Positions 37,744 to 46,980 of a DNA stretch of 64,000 bases are shown here, piece by piece. Origin of the DNA: an uncultured Alistipes sp. GTDB taxonomy: Bacteria; Bacillota; Clostridia; Oscillospirales; Ruminococcaceae. The DNA lies in the NCBI GenBank assembly GCA_964414745.1, contig CAYPXB010000001.1, positions 140,682-204,681 on the forward strand, given 5' to 3'. The first letter of the stretch is position 1, and every line of letters starts with the position of its first letter. The notes beneath the pieces were generated by a model, which was not told the origin of the DNA, did no database searches, and saw only the letters and a program-made list of their open reading frames with translations. The position numbers were made by a program, and so were the translations under genes.

Positions 37744-38390
37744 TTTTTTCACACAGAGGATTTCACGACAATGATGTCCCCGAAAATTCTCTTACGGCAT
37801 TCAGACGCTCTCTTAAAGCCGGATATGGCATTGAGCTTGATGTGCGGCTCTCAGCCGACGGAGTGCCTGTGGTATTCCATGATAAGAAACTCAGAAGAAT
37901 GTGCGGAAAAAACAAAAAGATCTCCAATCTGAAGCTTGAGGAACTGAAAAAACTCAGACTCGGCAAGAGCAACGAGCATATACCCACTTTTTCCGAAGTC
38001 CTTGAGCTTATCGGCGGAAAAGTACCCGTGCTCATAGAAACAAAAGAACCGCATAGATTCATAAGATCGATGAAGCTTGAGAAGATACTTGTATCGATGC
38101 TGAAGGAATATCAGGGCGAGTATCTTCTCCAGTCGTTCAGCAGCCGCAGTATGAAGTATATGAAAAAAAATCTGCCGGGTGTAAAATGCGGCATATTGTC
38201 GGGAAAAGTACACAGAGAGTGCAAAGGGTTTGATTTTATAAACTACCGGCTTCTCGATCTGAGCATCGAAAAAGCCGAAGAGCTTAAAAACAGATATGAA
38301 GAGGTCTTTGCGTGGAATTCCGGAAAAAACGACCTGATAAAGGGAGAGATCTCCATTGAGGAGTTCGGCCTTGATGCCGTAGTTGTATAA
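37725..38390 (+). CDS. Cytoplasmic glycerophosphodiester phosphodiesterase family protein
   Basis: HRGFHDNDVPENSLTAF...ELDVRLSADGVPVVFHD is the GDPD signature. The gene overlaps the birA 3' end by 19 nt. Confidence 0.8.
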   Translation: MQDKKIIFSHRGFHDNDVPENSLTAFRRSLKAGYGIELDVRLSADGVPVVFHDKKLRRMCGKNKKISNLKLEELKKLRLGKSNEHIPTFSEVLELIGGKVPVLIETKEPHRFIRSMKLEKILVSMLKEYQGEYLLQSFSSRSMKYMKKNLPGVKCGILSGKVHRECKGFDFINYRLLDLSIEKAEELKNRYEEVFAWNSGKNDLIKGEISIEEFGLDAVVV

Positions 38391-38398
38391 AATATACA

Positions 38399-38436
38399 GG
38401 CGATACCCCGTTTATAACGTGGGTATCGCCTTTTTC
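38399..38436 (+). terminator. Intrinsic terminator after birA-GDPD
   Basis: Hairpin ggcgatacc...ggtatcgcc followed by TTTTT. Confidence 0.75.
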
Positions 38437-38449
38437 TCAGTCGTCAGGC

Positions 38450-38487
38450 AATAAAAGAGGCGCTGCCCGAATCAGGCGGGCAACGCC
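38450..38487 (-). terminator. Intrinsic terminator after ptsH
   Basis: On the minus strand, hairpin ggcgttgcccg / cgggcagcgcc (one mismatch) followed by TCTTTTATT. Confidence 0.65.
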
Positions 38488-38514
38488 AAAAATCAATGTT
38501 CTGTCTTCAGGTCT

Positions 38515-38787
38515 TTATCTGCTCTCTTCGCTGAATCCGTTATCAACGAGCTCAACGAGGGCGTCTACAGATGCCTTCTCGTCGACACCGTCGGCAATGA
38601 TCTTAATGTTGGTTCCGCCCACGATACCGAGCGAAAGGATACCAAGCAAGCTTTTTGCATTGACTCTGCGCTCTTCTTTCTCGATCCAGATAGACGATTT
38701 GAATTCATTTGCTTTCTGGATAAAGAAGGTTGCGGGCCTTGCGTGAAGTCCGACCTGATTTTTGACCATTACTTCTCTTACGAACAT
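38515..38787 (-). CDS. ptsH: Phosphocarrier protein HPr
   Basis: His15 context VGLHARPA and Ser46 context NAKSLLGILSLG. About 90 aa. AGGAGAG lies before the ATG at 38787. Confidence 0.92.
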   Translation of the reverse strand: MFVREVMVKNQVGLHARPATFFIQKANEFKSSIWIEKEERRVNAKSLLGILSLGIVGGTNIKIIADGVDEKASVDALVELVDNGFSEESR

Positions 38788-38851
38788 ATACAACTCTCCT
38801 ATTCTAAAGTAGACGATTTTTATTTCAGCAATTGTCATATTGCTGATTTAC

Positions 38852-38880
38852 ATTATACAGACATTTTTTTTTGCAGTCAA
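38852..38880 (-). promoter_or_regulatory. SigA-type promoter for ptsH
   Basis: The minus strand reads TTGACT, 17 nt, TATAAT. The leader contains the hairpin tcagcaat...attgctga. Confidence 0.65.
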
Positions 38881-39055
38881 CGATTTTTTCAATTAAAATG
38901 CTCTTTTTTTGATAAATTCTACATTTACATAAAATCAAAAGTACTTTTTTTCGGTTTGCTTGTTTAATATCACAATAAAAAGCGGCAAATTCTTTGTTAA
39001 TGTTTAATAATTCTCAACAGTTGAATATGTTAAAAACATATAAATGAATTTAATT

Positions 39056-39760
39056 TTATCCCTTTTTATACTTATCGTAATATTTTTTTATCAGGTCAGG
39101 CCGTCTTTCCGCCGTTATCTCAATGCTCTTTTCTCTTCTCCAGATCTCAATATTTTTGTGATGACCGGACAGCAGGATTTCGGGTACCGTTTCTCCTTCC
39201 CAGACTTCGGGGCGTGTATACTGCGGATACTCCAGCAGACCGCTGTATATGCTTTCATCCTCGAAGCAGACTGAATCTGAGAGGACACCCGGGCACATCC
39301 TTGCGACGGAGTCAACGAGAATCAATGCAGGAAGCTCACCGCCTGTCAGGACATAGTCACCGACTGATATTTCCTCATCGACTATTTTATCGATAACACG
39401 CTGATCTACGCCCTCATAATGACCGCATATTATAAAAATATTTTCCATTGCCGAAAGTTCTTTCGATTTTTGCTGGTCAAGTATCGTCCCTTTCGGTGAC
39501 ATGTATATGGTATGCGGCTTTGTTCTCATTTCAGAACACACGGCCTTGTAGCAGTTATATATCGGCTCACACTGCATGACCATTCCCATGCCGCCGCCAT
39601 ACGGAGTATCGTCCACTCTTCTGTGTTTATCGTCGGTATAATCCCGTATCTGACGGCAGTTTATATCAAGTATCCCCGCTTTTCGCGCTCTTCCGATGAT
39701 GCTCTCGCTGAGCACCGTCTCACACATCTCGGGGAAAAGTGTAGCGATCTCGATCTTCAT
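39056..39760 (-). CDS. trmD: tRNA (guanine37-N1)-methyltransferase TrmD
   Basis: MKIEIATLFPEMCE N-terminus and the conserved YGGGMGMVM and GHYEGVDQRV motifs. The ATG at 39760 is preferred over the TTG at 39766. Confidence 0.95.
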   Translation of the reverse strand: MKIEIATLFPEMCETVLSESIIGRARKAGILDINCRQIRDYTDDKHRRVDDTPYGGGMGMVMQCEPIYNCYKAVCSEMRTKPHTIYMSPKGTILDQQKSKELSAMENIFIICGHYEGVDQRVIDKIVDEEISVGDYVLTGGELPALILVDSVARMCPGVLSDSVCFEDESIYSGLLEYPQYTRPEVWEGETVPEILLSGHHKNIEIWRREKSIEITAERRPDLIKKYYDKYKKG

Positions 39761-39774
39761 AAGCAAAGCACTCC

Positions 39775-40278
39775 CTAATCGAAAAGACCGTCAAGAGGGC
39801 GGATAAGCATGGTATTGTTTTCAATATCGGTTTCTGTTACAACATCGGCTATGGCCGGGACAAGATATTCTCTGCCGTTTCCGTTTACTACATAGACATC
39901 GTTTGCCCCTGTCTGCATGACATCGGTGATCTTTCCGTATACAAGATCCGTATCGGCGTCTCGCACGGTAATTCCGATAAGATCCTGTATAAAATATGTT
40001 CTGTCACCGAGTTTTATATCATCTCTGTCCATATAAAGGACAGTGTCGCGCAGCTGCTCCGCCTGCTCCGGGGTGTCGATGCCGCTCAGCTTTGATATGA
40101 CCATTCCTTTATGGACACGGCTTCTCTCAACTGTCACTTCGGTGTGGTCTTTTCCGAGAAAAAGGCGATTTAAGCCGCACAGCAGTCCGGGTGAATCACA
40201 GTACGACACGATCTTCACCTCGCCGCGGATCCCGTGTACCGAAACGATCTTTCCGGCCTCAAGATATTTTTTTTTCAT
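39775..40278 (-). CDS. rimM: 16S rRNA processing protein RimM
   Basis: GKIVSVHGIRGEVKI N-terminal beta-barrel and a PRC-barrel C-terminus. It lies immediately upstream of trmD. Confidence 0.92.
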   Translation of the reverse strand: MKKKYLEAGKIVSVHGIRGEVKIVSYCDSPGLLCGLNRLFLGKDHTEVTVERSRVHKGMVISKLSGIDTPEQAEQLRDTVLYMDRDDIKLGDRTYFIQDLIGITVRDADTDLVYGKITDVMQTGANDVYVVNGNGREYLVPAIADVVTETDIENNTMLIRPLDGLFD

Positions 40279-40300
40279 AATAACGCTGCTTTCATTCTGT

Positions 40301-41740
40301 TTAATTTTTCATCTCAAAGCTCTCGCCGAGAATATCCTTATTTGCCGAAAGTACCGGTTTTATGCACTCATCGAGAAATTCTTCCACCTGTTCGGAACTG
40401 CGCCCGGTATAGTTTTCCGGTCTGAGGACTTCTTCAAGTTCCTCTTCCGTCACCATGAACATCGGATCATCGGCGATGAGGCGGCAGAGGTTGTTCTCCT
40501 TTCCGTATACCTTCACCTGTTCGCCCGCTATCATGGAGTATTCTCTTATCTTTTCGTGGAGTTCCTGACGGTTTCCGCCTTTTTTTACCGCGTCCATCAT
40601 TATATTCTCCGTCGCCATGAACGGAAGCTCCGCCATGACGCGCTTGCGTATCATCTCCGGGTATACGACTATTCCGTTCGTAACGTTAAGCATGATATTC
40701 AGGATGGCGTCAACGCCCAGAAATGCTTCGGCTACGGAGATCCTCTTGTTTGCGGAGTCGTCGAGCGTTCTCTCAAACCACTGTGTACCTGCAGTGAAAG
40801 CGGGGTTCAGGGTATCTACGATAACATATCTTGAAAGTGATGTTATTCGTTCGCACCTCATGGGATTGCGCTTGTATGCCATCGCGGATGAACCGATCTG
40901 CTTGCTTTCCCGCGGCTCCTCCATTTCCTTGAAGCTCTGGAGTATCCGCATATCGTTGGAAAACTTGCTGCACGACTGAGCAATTCCTCCGAGGACGGAA
41001 AGAACTTGTGAATCGATCTTTCTTGAGTACGTCTGACCCGAGACGGGAACAACGCCGTCAAATCCCATTTCTTCGGCGATAAGTCTTTCAAGTTCCTTGA
41101 CTTTTTCCGTGTCGCCCTCAAAAAGTTCCATAAAAGAAGCCTGAGTGCCGGTCGTACCCTTTGAGCCGAGCAGTTTCAGCATCGATATCCTGTATTCGAG
41201 ATCGTTGAGATCCATAAGAAGATCGTTAAGCCAGAGAGTCGCTCTTTTTCCGACAGTCGTGAGCTGTGCGGGCTGAAGATGGGTATAGGCAAGGCACGGG
41301 AGATCTTTGTATTTATCAGCGAAAGACGCGAGATTGTTCATCACGTTTATCAGTTTTCTGCGGACGATATTCATCGCATCTCTCATTATTATTATGTCTG
41401 TGTTGTCTCCCACATAGCACGAAGTTGCTCCGAGGTGGATTATCGGATACGCGTCGGGGCACACCTGTCCGTAAGCGTAAACGTGCGCCATGACATCGTG
41501 ACGGACCTCTTTTTCACGCTTTTCCGCAACTTCGTAATCTATATCATACATATGTTCCTCAAGTTGTTTTACCTGAGCTTCCGTGACCGGCAGACCGAGT
41601 TTCATTTCCGCTCTGGCAAGAGCGACCCAGAGTTTTCTCCATGTGGTGAATTTTTTGTCGGGTGAGAAAATGTACTGCATTTCCTCACTTGCGTATCTTG
41701 TGCAGAACGGGCTTTCATAACTTTTGTGATCTTCGCTCAT
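40301..41740 (-). CDS. purB: Adenylosuccinate lyase
   Basis: Fumarate-lyase signature GSSAMAYKRNP, with PurB-like N- and C-termini. 479 aa. Confidence 0.95.
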   Translation of the reverse strand: MSEDHKSYESPFCTRYASEEMQYIFSPDKKFTTWRKLWVALARAEMKLGLPVTEAQVKQLEEHMYDIDYEVAEKREKEVRHDVMAHVYAYGQVCPDAYPIIHLGATSCYVGDNTDIIIMRDAMNIVRRKLINVMNNLASFADKYKDLPCLAYTHLQPAQLTTVGKRATLWLNDLLMDLNDLEYRISMLKLLGSKGTTGTQASFMELFEGDTEKVKELERLIAEEMGFDGVVPVSGQTYSRKIDSQVLSVLGGIAQSCSKFSNDMRILQSFKEMEEPRESKQIGSSAMAYKRNPMRCERITSLSRYVIVDTLNPAFTAGTQWFERTLDDSANKRISVAEAFLGVDAILNIMLNVTNGIVVYPEMIRKRVMAELPFMATENIMMDAVKKGGNRQELHEKIREYSMIAGEQVKVYGKENNLCRLIADDPMFMVTEEELEEVLRPENYTGRSSEQVEEFLDECIKPVLSANKDILGESFEMKN

Positions 41741-41794
41741 AACGGGCTCTCCTTTTCAATAAATATCATCTTGTCTGAAATTATCAACGCTGTA

Positions 41795-41823
41795 ATTATA
41801 TCATCACGGAGGCACTGTGTCAA
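41795..41823 (-). promoter_or_regulatory. SigA-type promoter for purB-rimM-trmD
   Basis: The minus strand reads TTGACA, 17 nt, TATAAT. The -35 overlaps the stop codon of the upstream MATE gene. Confidence 0.7.
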
Positions 41824-43181
41824 TCGCCGGATCGTTGCGTCTGCAACTCCCCGGAATCTCTCGTGAGGACTTTCAGCCACCTGTATTTTTTATAGTGCGC
41901 ATATACGACAGGGAGCTTGATTATCTCGTCGGTGTTGATTATCGCGTAGACCGCGAGAACGGGCAGGTGAAGCACAAAGGCCGAAATAAGCCCGAGAGGG
42001 ACGGTAACTCCCCACATGGTCACCGTGTCACACACAAGCCCGAAGCGGGAATCTCCTCCGGCACAGAAAATTCCGCCGATGGTCGTCATATTCAGGGATT
42101 TGCCGATAACATAGTAAGAGCATATGAACAGCATAACGGTCAGATAGCCACTCGCTCTGTCGGTCAGCTTTATTGACATACGCAGAAACGGGATAAGGCA
42201 GATTATGACAAGTCCGGTCGCCGCGCCGGCGAGAGCCGCGATCCTGCATAGCTTCGAGCCGTACCTTTTCGCCGTTTCCGTGTCGCCGCGGCCGAGTTCG
42301 TTTCCGACCATTATCGCGCCTCCGTTCGCTATACCCGTACAGACGCATATTGCGAGGTTCTTGACGATGTTCGCTACGGAATTTGCCGCCACGGCGTCCC
42401 CGTTCAAATGCCCCATTATCACGGAATACATGGCAAATCCGCATCCCCAGCCGAGCTGGTTGCCGAGAACGGGGAGCGTGTATTTACGGAAATCATGAAG
42501 GAGGATCTTATTCATACGGTACAGATTTCCTAATCTTATACGGACAGTCCTGCGGCTTTGCAGGAAAACGACCGACCACAAAAGCTCTGTTGCCTTGGAG
42601 ATCACCGTCGCGATGGCGGCACCCGCGACATTCATGCCGAAAATATAGATAAATACGGCATTAAGCACGATATTGAGCCCCATCGAGACTGCGCTTATAA
42701 GGGCGCTTTCTGACGCGTTTCCGCAGTTTTTCAGAATACACAGGCAAATCTGCGATATTCCGAGCATAAGATATGAAATGCCGACGATCCGAAGATATTC
42801 CGCACCTAGACCGATAAGGCGTGCCTCGGATGTGAATATCTTCATAAGAAGACCGGGCGAGACCAGCGCAAATACCGAGAACACAGCCGAGACCGACGAT
42901 GACGCGACAAGAGCGATCCCCAGTATCTTCTCGACTGACTCTCTGTCCCCTTTTCCCCAGTACTGAGCCGCAAATATCGACGCTCCTGCGGTTATGCCGT
43001 TCAGAAAGAGAGACAGCACAAACATTATCTGGCCCGCGAGGGAAACGGCGGACAGCGCGTTTTGGTCTCTGATACCGAGCATAAACGCGTCCGAGGCACT
43101 TACGAGAGCCGTCATAAACTGCTGAAACGCTATGGGGATCACGAGTGATCTGAGCTTGTCTGAAAAAACTTTGTCTTTCAT
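41820..43181 (-). CDS. MATE-family efflux transporter
   Basis: 453 aa, with a 12-TM-like hydrophobicity pattern and a typical MATE N-terminus (LVIPIAFQQFMTALVSASDAFMLG). Confidence 0.85.
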   Translation of the reverse strand: MKDKVFSDKLRSLVIPIAFQQFMTALVSASDAFMLGIRDQNALSAVSLAGQIMFVLSLFLNGITAGASIFAAQYWGKGDRESVEKILGIALVASSSVSAVFSVFALVSPGLLMKIFTSEARLIGLGAEYLRIVGISYLMLGISQICLCILKNCGNASESALISAVSMGLNIVLNAVFIYIFGMNVAGAAIATVISKATELLWSVVFLQSRRTVRIRLGNLYRMNKILLHDFRKYTLPVLGNQLGWGCGFAMYSVIMGHLNGDAVAANSVANIVKNLAICVCTGIANGGAIMVGNELGRGDTETAKRYGSKLCRIAALAGAATGLVIICLIPFLRMSIKLTDRASGYLTVMLFICSYYVIGKSLNMTTIGGIFCAGGDSRFGLVCDTVTMWGVTVPLGLISAFVLHLPVLAVYAIINTDEIIKLPVVYAHYKKYRWLKVLTRDSGELQTQRSGD

Positions 43182-43225
43182 AATGTTGATAACCTCAGAA
43201 CCGCAGAGAAACTGCGGCGAAAATT

Positions 43226-45580
43226 TTACCTCCAGAATTCAAACAGCCTTGCTATCGCGAGAGCGGAAGCCTGGCTTTCGGGGGATGCGAAGGATCTTAT
43301 TCCGACCCAGTCCCAGATCTGAGCCATATTAAGATAAACACTTATGGCGGCCGCCGCTACCACAAATATATTAAGCAGTTTCTTTGTCTGCTTTTCACAA
43401 CTGCGGTATATGATAAACGCTATGATAAGGGCGCCGATGATCATTTCCCACGCGAAATCTACGCAGTATCTCGCGCCGTATCCGCTTTCCCATATGGAGA
43501 ATATCACGACAAACGGGCAGATCACGCAGACAGTCGCCAGCATGACCGCGTACAGCTTTTTGTTTTTGTTGTCTGAGAGTCTGTATGCCTTGTGCGCTCC
43601 AGCGTAAGACAGCAGAGGCAGAGCCTTCCAGAGCAGGCCGAGTGCCGAGCCCGTGGCAACGTAATAGTAGCCCTGCGGCGAGAAGGTGTGCGGTGATTCC
43701 GGGATTATAAACGGGAAATTCTCGCTGACTTTCGGCAGCATGAACAGGTAATTCAGGAAACCGATGACTGCGAAATGTGTATGATATTCCGCGCTTGTGA
43801 AATCATTTATCGTCAGTGAATACTCGATACCGAAATCAAACGGAGAGCCGAATCTTGCGTAGTTGTACAACATCTGAACCGAACCGAAGATAACATAAGG
43901 TATAAGGGCACATAAAAAGTACGGCAAGTAAATAAAGATGGACTTAGAGCCGCTTTTCGCCGTTTTCTCGCGACGTTTTTTCAGAAATCCCGCAAGTACG
44001 AAGATCATGGCGGCAACGCAGTACACTGCCGTTGTCGGGCGTGACAAAACGGCAAGGCTCAGAAACACTCCGGATGTGAAAAGCTTTCCATAACTTATTT
44101 TTCCGTCGCCTATCACATTCGAGCTTATAAGGAAATACGCACCCGCAGTCACACATAGGAAACCGCACGACTGCGCTATTTCATAAAAATTGGGAAGATT
44201 GAAGCAGAAGAATATGCCGCTGCAGCACTGCATTATGATAAGACAGAGCACGACGACTGAAGACCGGACGTCCGGAAAGAATTTTTTCATAAAGCAAAGA
44301 TAAAACAGCGTCAGGAACAGTATACCTCCGGCGCCGAAAAGCCATATTGCCCAGATGGCAGGGAAATAACAACCCGTCATCATATGGTATGGGAGAAAGA
44401 GGAACAGCACAGGCGCAATGCCGTAATATGAGTAGTATTTTCCGTTATAGTAGAGGTGATCCCAAGGGTACGCGCCTATGTTGTTTGCGTCGCGCTGGCT
44501 TAAGTCATACGGATTTTCAAGTTCCTCAAGCGCAGGATTCATTTCAATATCTATATCCGTCCGCCCAGCCTCAAAAGAGTCGACAAGTTCCTGAGTGATC
44601 TGATTTCCCGATTTTTGCCTGAATTCATCGAAAAATCCCATACCGCCCGGTCTGCCGATGTCCGCGAGGATCAGAGATGCCGACAGCAGGACCGTGGTGA
44701 GGACAATAGCGCAGACTTTCACGGACTGTTCGCTCTCGCGGTAGCTTCCGGCAAATGTTTTCGATCTCGCGAAAAGCCATATCAGCAGTGCTGCGATAAA
44801 GATACAGAGAAATCTCATAAGGGAGAAGTGCAGCATAAACGGTTTGTTGAGCGTGACCGAAGTTACCGTAACGGTCTCGGATTCCTCCGTGTCGAATTCC
44901 AATTTAAGATCATGTACATTTCCCGAAAAATTGCAGACGCAGGTCTGGCTTCTCTCGTTGCCGCGCAGTATTTCCGATGTGGCGATACCGTATCTGTATC
45001 CCGCGCTGTTGCTGTCATCCGACATATCTATCGTCATATCGACATAGCCTTTGGTGTTCGAGAGAGCATTGACGCTTATCGTACCTACCGGTTTTTCGAT
45101 ACCGTTGAACTCAATTGAAAAGTGACCCGCGCTCACGTTTTTGCCAGTGGACACATTGAAATTTTCCGTGACTGCCGTTTCCATGTCAAGGACGGTGTAA
45201 TCGTAGTCCCTGAAAAACAGGTGTGCGCAGTTGCCGTTGAATATAAATATTTCGCAGGCGGAGCATATTATAAAGGCCTTTACCGAAAATAAAGCCGGCC
45301 GACGGTATTTTTCGGGTATCCTTTGCCTGAACAGGAAGAATAACAGGACGCATCCGCCTATGAGAGTCGTAAACAGTGGAAGATTTTTCAATCCCCCGAA
45401 ATCGATAAGTCCCGACAGATCAAAGGCCGTCATAAGGCACGCGTACGCCTCGGCGACGATCAATGCGGGTTTTACGATCTTGCTTTTCTTCGGATCTTTT
45501 CTGAAGACCGATATTGCGAATATCAGAAAAGTGATGATGAAAGAAACGTAGATAAAAATATTAAGCGGTAAAAGATTCAT
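43226..45580 (-). CDS. Large bipartite membrane protein, possibly a GT-C-fold glycosyltransferase, function unknown
   Basis: 784 aa. N-terminal TM cluster, then a ~150-aa hydrophilic beta-rich module, then a long polytopic region preceded by NPYDLSQRDANNIGAYPWDHLYYNGKYYSYYGIAPVL, which resembles the first periplasmic loop of PMT/ArnT-like enzymes. This last point is inference. Confidence 0.45.
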   Translation of the reverse strand: MNLLPLNIFIYVSFIITFLIFAISVFRKDPKKSKIVKPALIVAEAYACLMTAFDLSGLIDFGGLKNLPLFTTLIGGCVLLFFLFRQRIPEKYRRPALFSVKAFIICSACEIFIFNGNCAHLFFRDYDYTVLDMETAVTENFNVSTGKNVSAGHFSIEFNGIEKPVGTISVNALSNTKGYVDMTIDMSDDSNSAGYRYGIATSEILRGNERSQTCVCNFSGNVHDLKLEFDTEESETVTVTSVTLNKPFMLHFSLMRFLCIFIAALLIWLFARSKTFAGSYRESEQSVKVCAIVLTTVLLSASLILADIGRPGGMGFFDEFRQKSGNQITQELVDSFEAGRTDIDIEMNPALEELENPYDLSQRDANNIGAYPWDHLYYNGKYYSYYGIAPVLFLFLPYHMMTGCYFPAIWAIWLFGAGGILFLTLFYLCFMKKFFPDVRSSVVVLCLIIMQCCSGIFFCFNLPNFYEIAQSCGFLCVTAGAYFLISSNVIGDGKISYGKLFTSGVFLSLAVLSRPTTAVYCVAAMIFVLAGFLKKRREKTAKSGSKSIFIYLPYFLCALIPYVIFGSVQMLYNYARFGSPFDFGIEYSLTINDFTSAEYHTHFAVIGFLNYLFMLPKVSENFPFIIPESPHTFSPQGYYYVATGSALGLLWKALPLLSYAGAHKAYRLSDNKNKKLYAVMLATVCVICPFVVIFSIWESGYGARYCVDFAWEMIIGALIIAFIIYRSCEKQTKKLLNIFVVAAAAISVYLNMAQIWDWVGIRSFASPESQASALAIARLFEFWR

Positions 45581-45633
45581 TGTTGTTTTCTCCCCCGGTA
45601 CTGTTTTGGATTTTTGATGTTCCCTATATTATT

Positions 45634-46755
45634 TCATTTTCCGTAATGAGCGGATATTTTTTTGAGATCCTCTATTATCGGAAGATGCTGAGGGCATACG
45701 CTTTCACACTGTCCGCAGGCTATGCAGTCAGACGCTTTTCCGGCAACATGGCAAAGATTCTCATAATTCGAGTAATTTATCGTCCAGCCCTTTTCTTCCA
45801 GTTTTTCGCGCATATCCTCATTGTAAAGCGAAAAATACTGAGGTATCGCTATATGTTGCGGACATCCCGCGGTGCAGTATGAACAGCCCGTACACGGTAT
45901 CGCAATCTGAGAATTTATTATATCGGCGGCTTTGAAGCAAAGGTCTTTTTCTTCCTCCGTAAGAGGAGTAAAATCCCCCATTGTGCGTATATTGTCTTTC
46001 ATCTGTTCTGTATCTGACATTCCCGACAGGACCAACATCACGCCGGGCAGGCTTGCGGTAAAGCGGATCGCCCAGCTTGACACGCTCATACCGGGATCGT
46101 GATCTTTGAAAAGTTTCTCGGCCTTTTCGGGTATATTGGCGAGAGTGCCGCCTTTTACCGGCTCCATCACGATTATCGGCTTGTCATGCTTTCTCGCGAC
46201 TTCATAACACTCACGCGCGCGGATCCATGGACTTTCCCAGTCAAGATAGTTTATCTGAAGCTGAACAAATTCCATCTGAGGGTATTTCGTCAATATTTCA
46301 TCAAGAAGCTGTGGAGTGTCGTGAAAAGAGAATCCCGCGTGCCTGACAAGTCCTTTTTCTTTTTTATCAAGCAGCCAGTTGAAACAGTCAAGTTCCTCGT
46401 ATTTTTTATACATCGGTGCCTCTATACCATGAAGCAGATAGTAGTCAAAATATCCCGCGCCGGTCTTTTCAAGCTGTGCGTTGAAAATATTGTCCCGATC
46501 CTCAAGAGAGTCAAAGTACTCGGCGTGAAGTTTTGTCGCGAGCGTATAGCTGTCGCGCGGATACCGTTCCACAAGAACTTCTTTCGTCGCGGATTCGCTC
46601 GCGTATCCATGGTACATCCAAGCCGTATCGAAATACGTGAAACCGTTTTGTATGAAGACATCTACCATTTCTTTCGTTGTATCGATATCGATATCCGTTG
46701 CATTGCTCCTGTCGTTCTGAGGCAGGCGCATAAGTCCGAATCCAAGTCTTTTCAT
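45634..46755 (-). CDS. Aldo/keto reductase fused to a C-terminal 2x[4Fe-4S] ferredoxin-like domain
   Basis: AKR core (LGFGLMRLP...YFDTAWMY...) plus CTGCSYCTAGCP and CIACGQCESVCP cluster motifs. Confidence 0.85.
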   Translation of the reverse strand: MKRLGFGLMRLPQNDRSNATDIDIDTTKEMVDVFIQNGFTYFDTAWMYHGYASESATKEVLVERYPRDSYTLATKLHAEYFDSLEDRDNIFNAQLEKTGAGYFDYYLLHGIEAPMYKKYEELDCFNWLLDKKEKGLVRHAGFSFHDTPQLLDEILTKYPQMEFVQLQINYLDWESPWIRARECYEVARKHDKPIIVMEPVKGGTLANIPEKAEKLFKDHDPGMSVSSWAIRFTASLPGVMLVLSGMSDTEQMKDNIRTMGDFTPLTEEEKDLCFKAADIINSQIAIPCTGCSYCTAGCPQHIAIPQYFSLYNEDMREKLEEKGWTINYSNYENLCHVAGKASDCIACGQCESVCPQHLPIIEDLKKISAHYGK

Positions 46756-46844
46756 TATAAACTTCCTTTCGATCGGGTTTTTACGATTTTACGAGAACGC
46801 GGATTTTCAGAAGATCACGCGCCGTATCCGATAAGTTTTATTAT

Positions 46845-46873
46845 ATTATACCACAGACGGTTCCAAAATTCAA
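46845..46873 (-). promoter_or_regulatory. SigA-type promoter for the AKR / GT-C-like / MATE unit
   Basis: The minus strand reads TTGAAT, 17 nt, TATAAT, with a TGg extended -10. Confidence 0.65.
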
Positions 46874-46912
46874 TCGATTTTCAAATTACGGCCGTTATAT
46901 CAATTCTTTTTA

Positions 46913-46941
46913 TTGACATATTCCGTACACAATGTTATAAT
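46913..46941 (+). promoter_or_regulatory. SigA-type promoter for the aldose epimerase gene
   Basis: TTGACA, 17 nt, TATAAT. Confidence 0.7.
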
Positions 46942-46980
46942 ATATCACGAAAATAACGCTTTTTGCGGGAGGTGCCTGTT

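Noticed and set aside
41741-41794. Possible purine riboswitch upstream of purB
   Set aside because: The leader between the predicted -10 and the ATG is only about 50 nt. That is too short for a purine aptamer plus expression platform, and no aptamer-like helices were seen.
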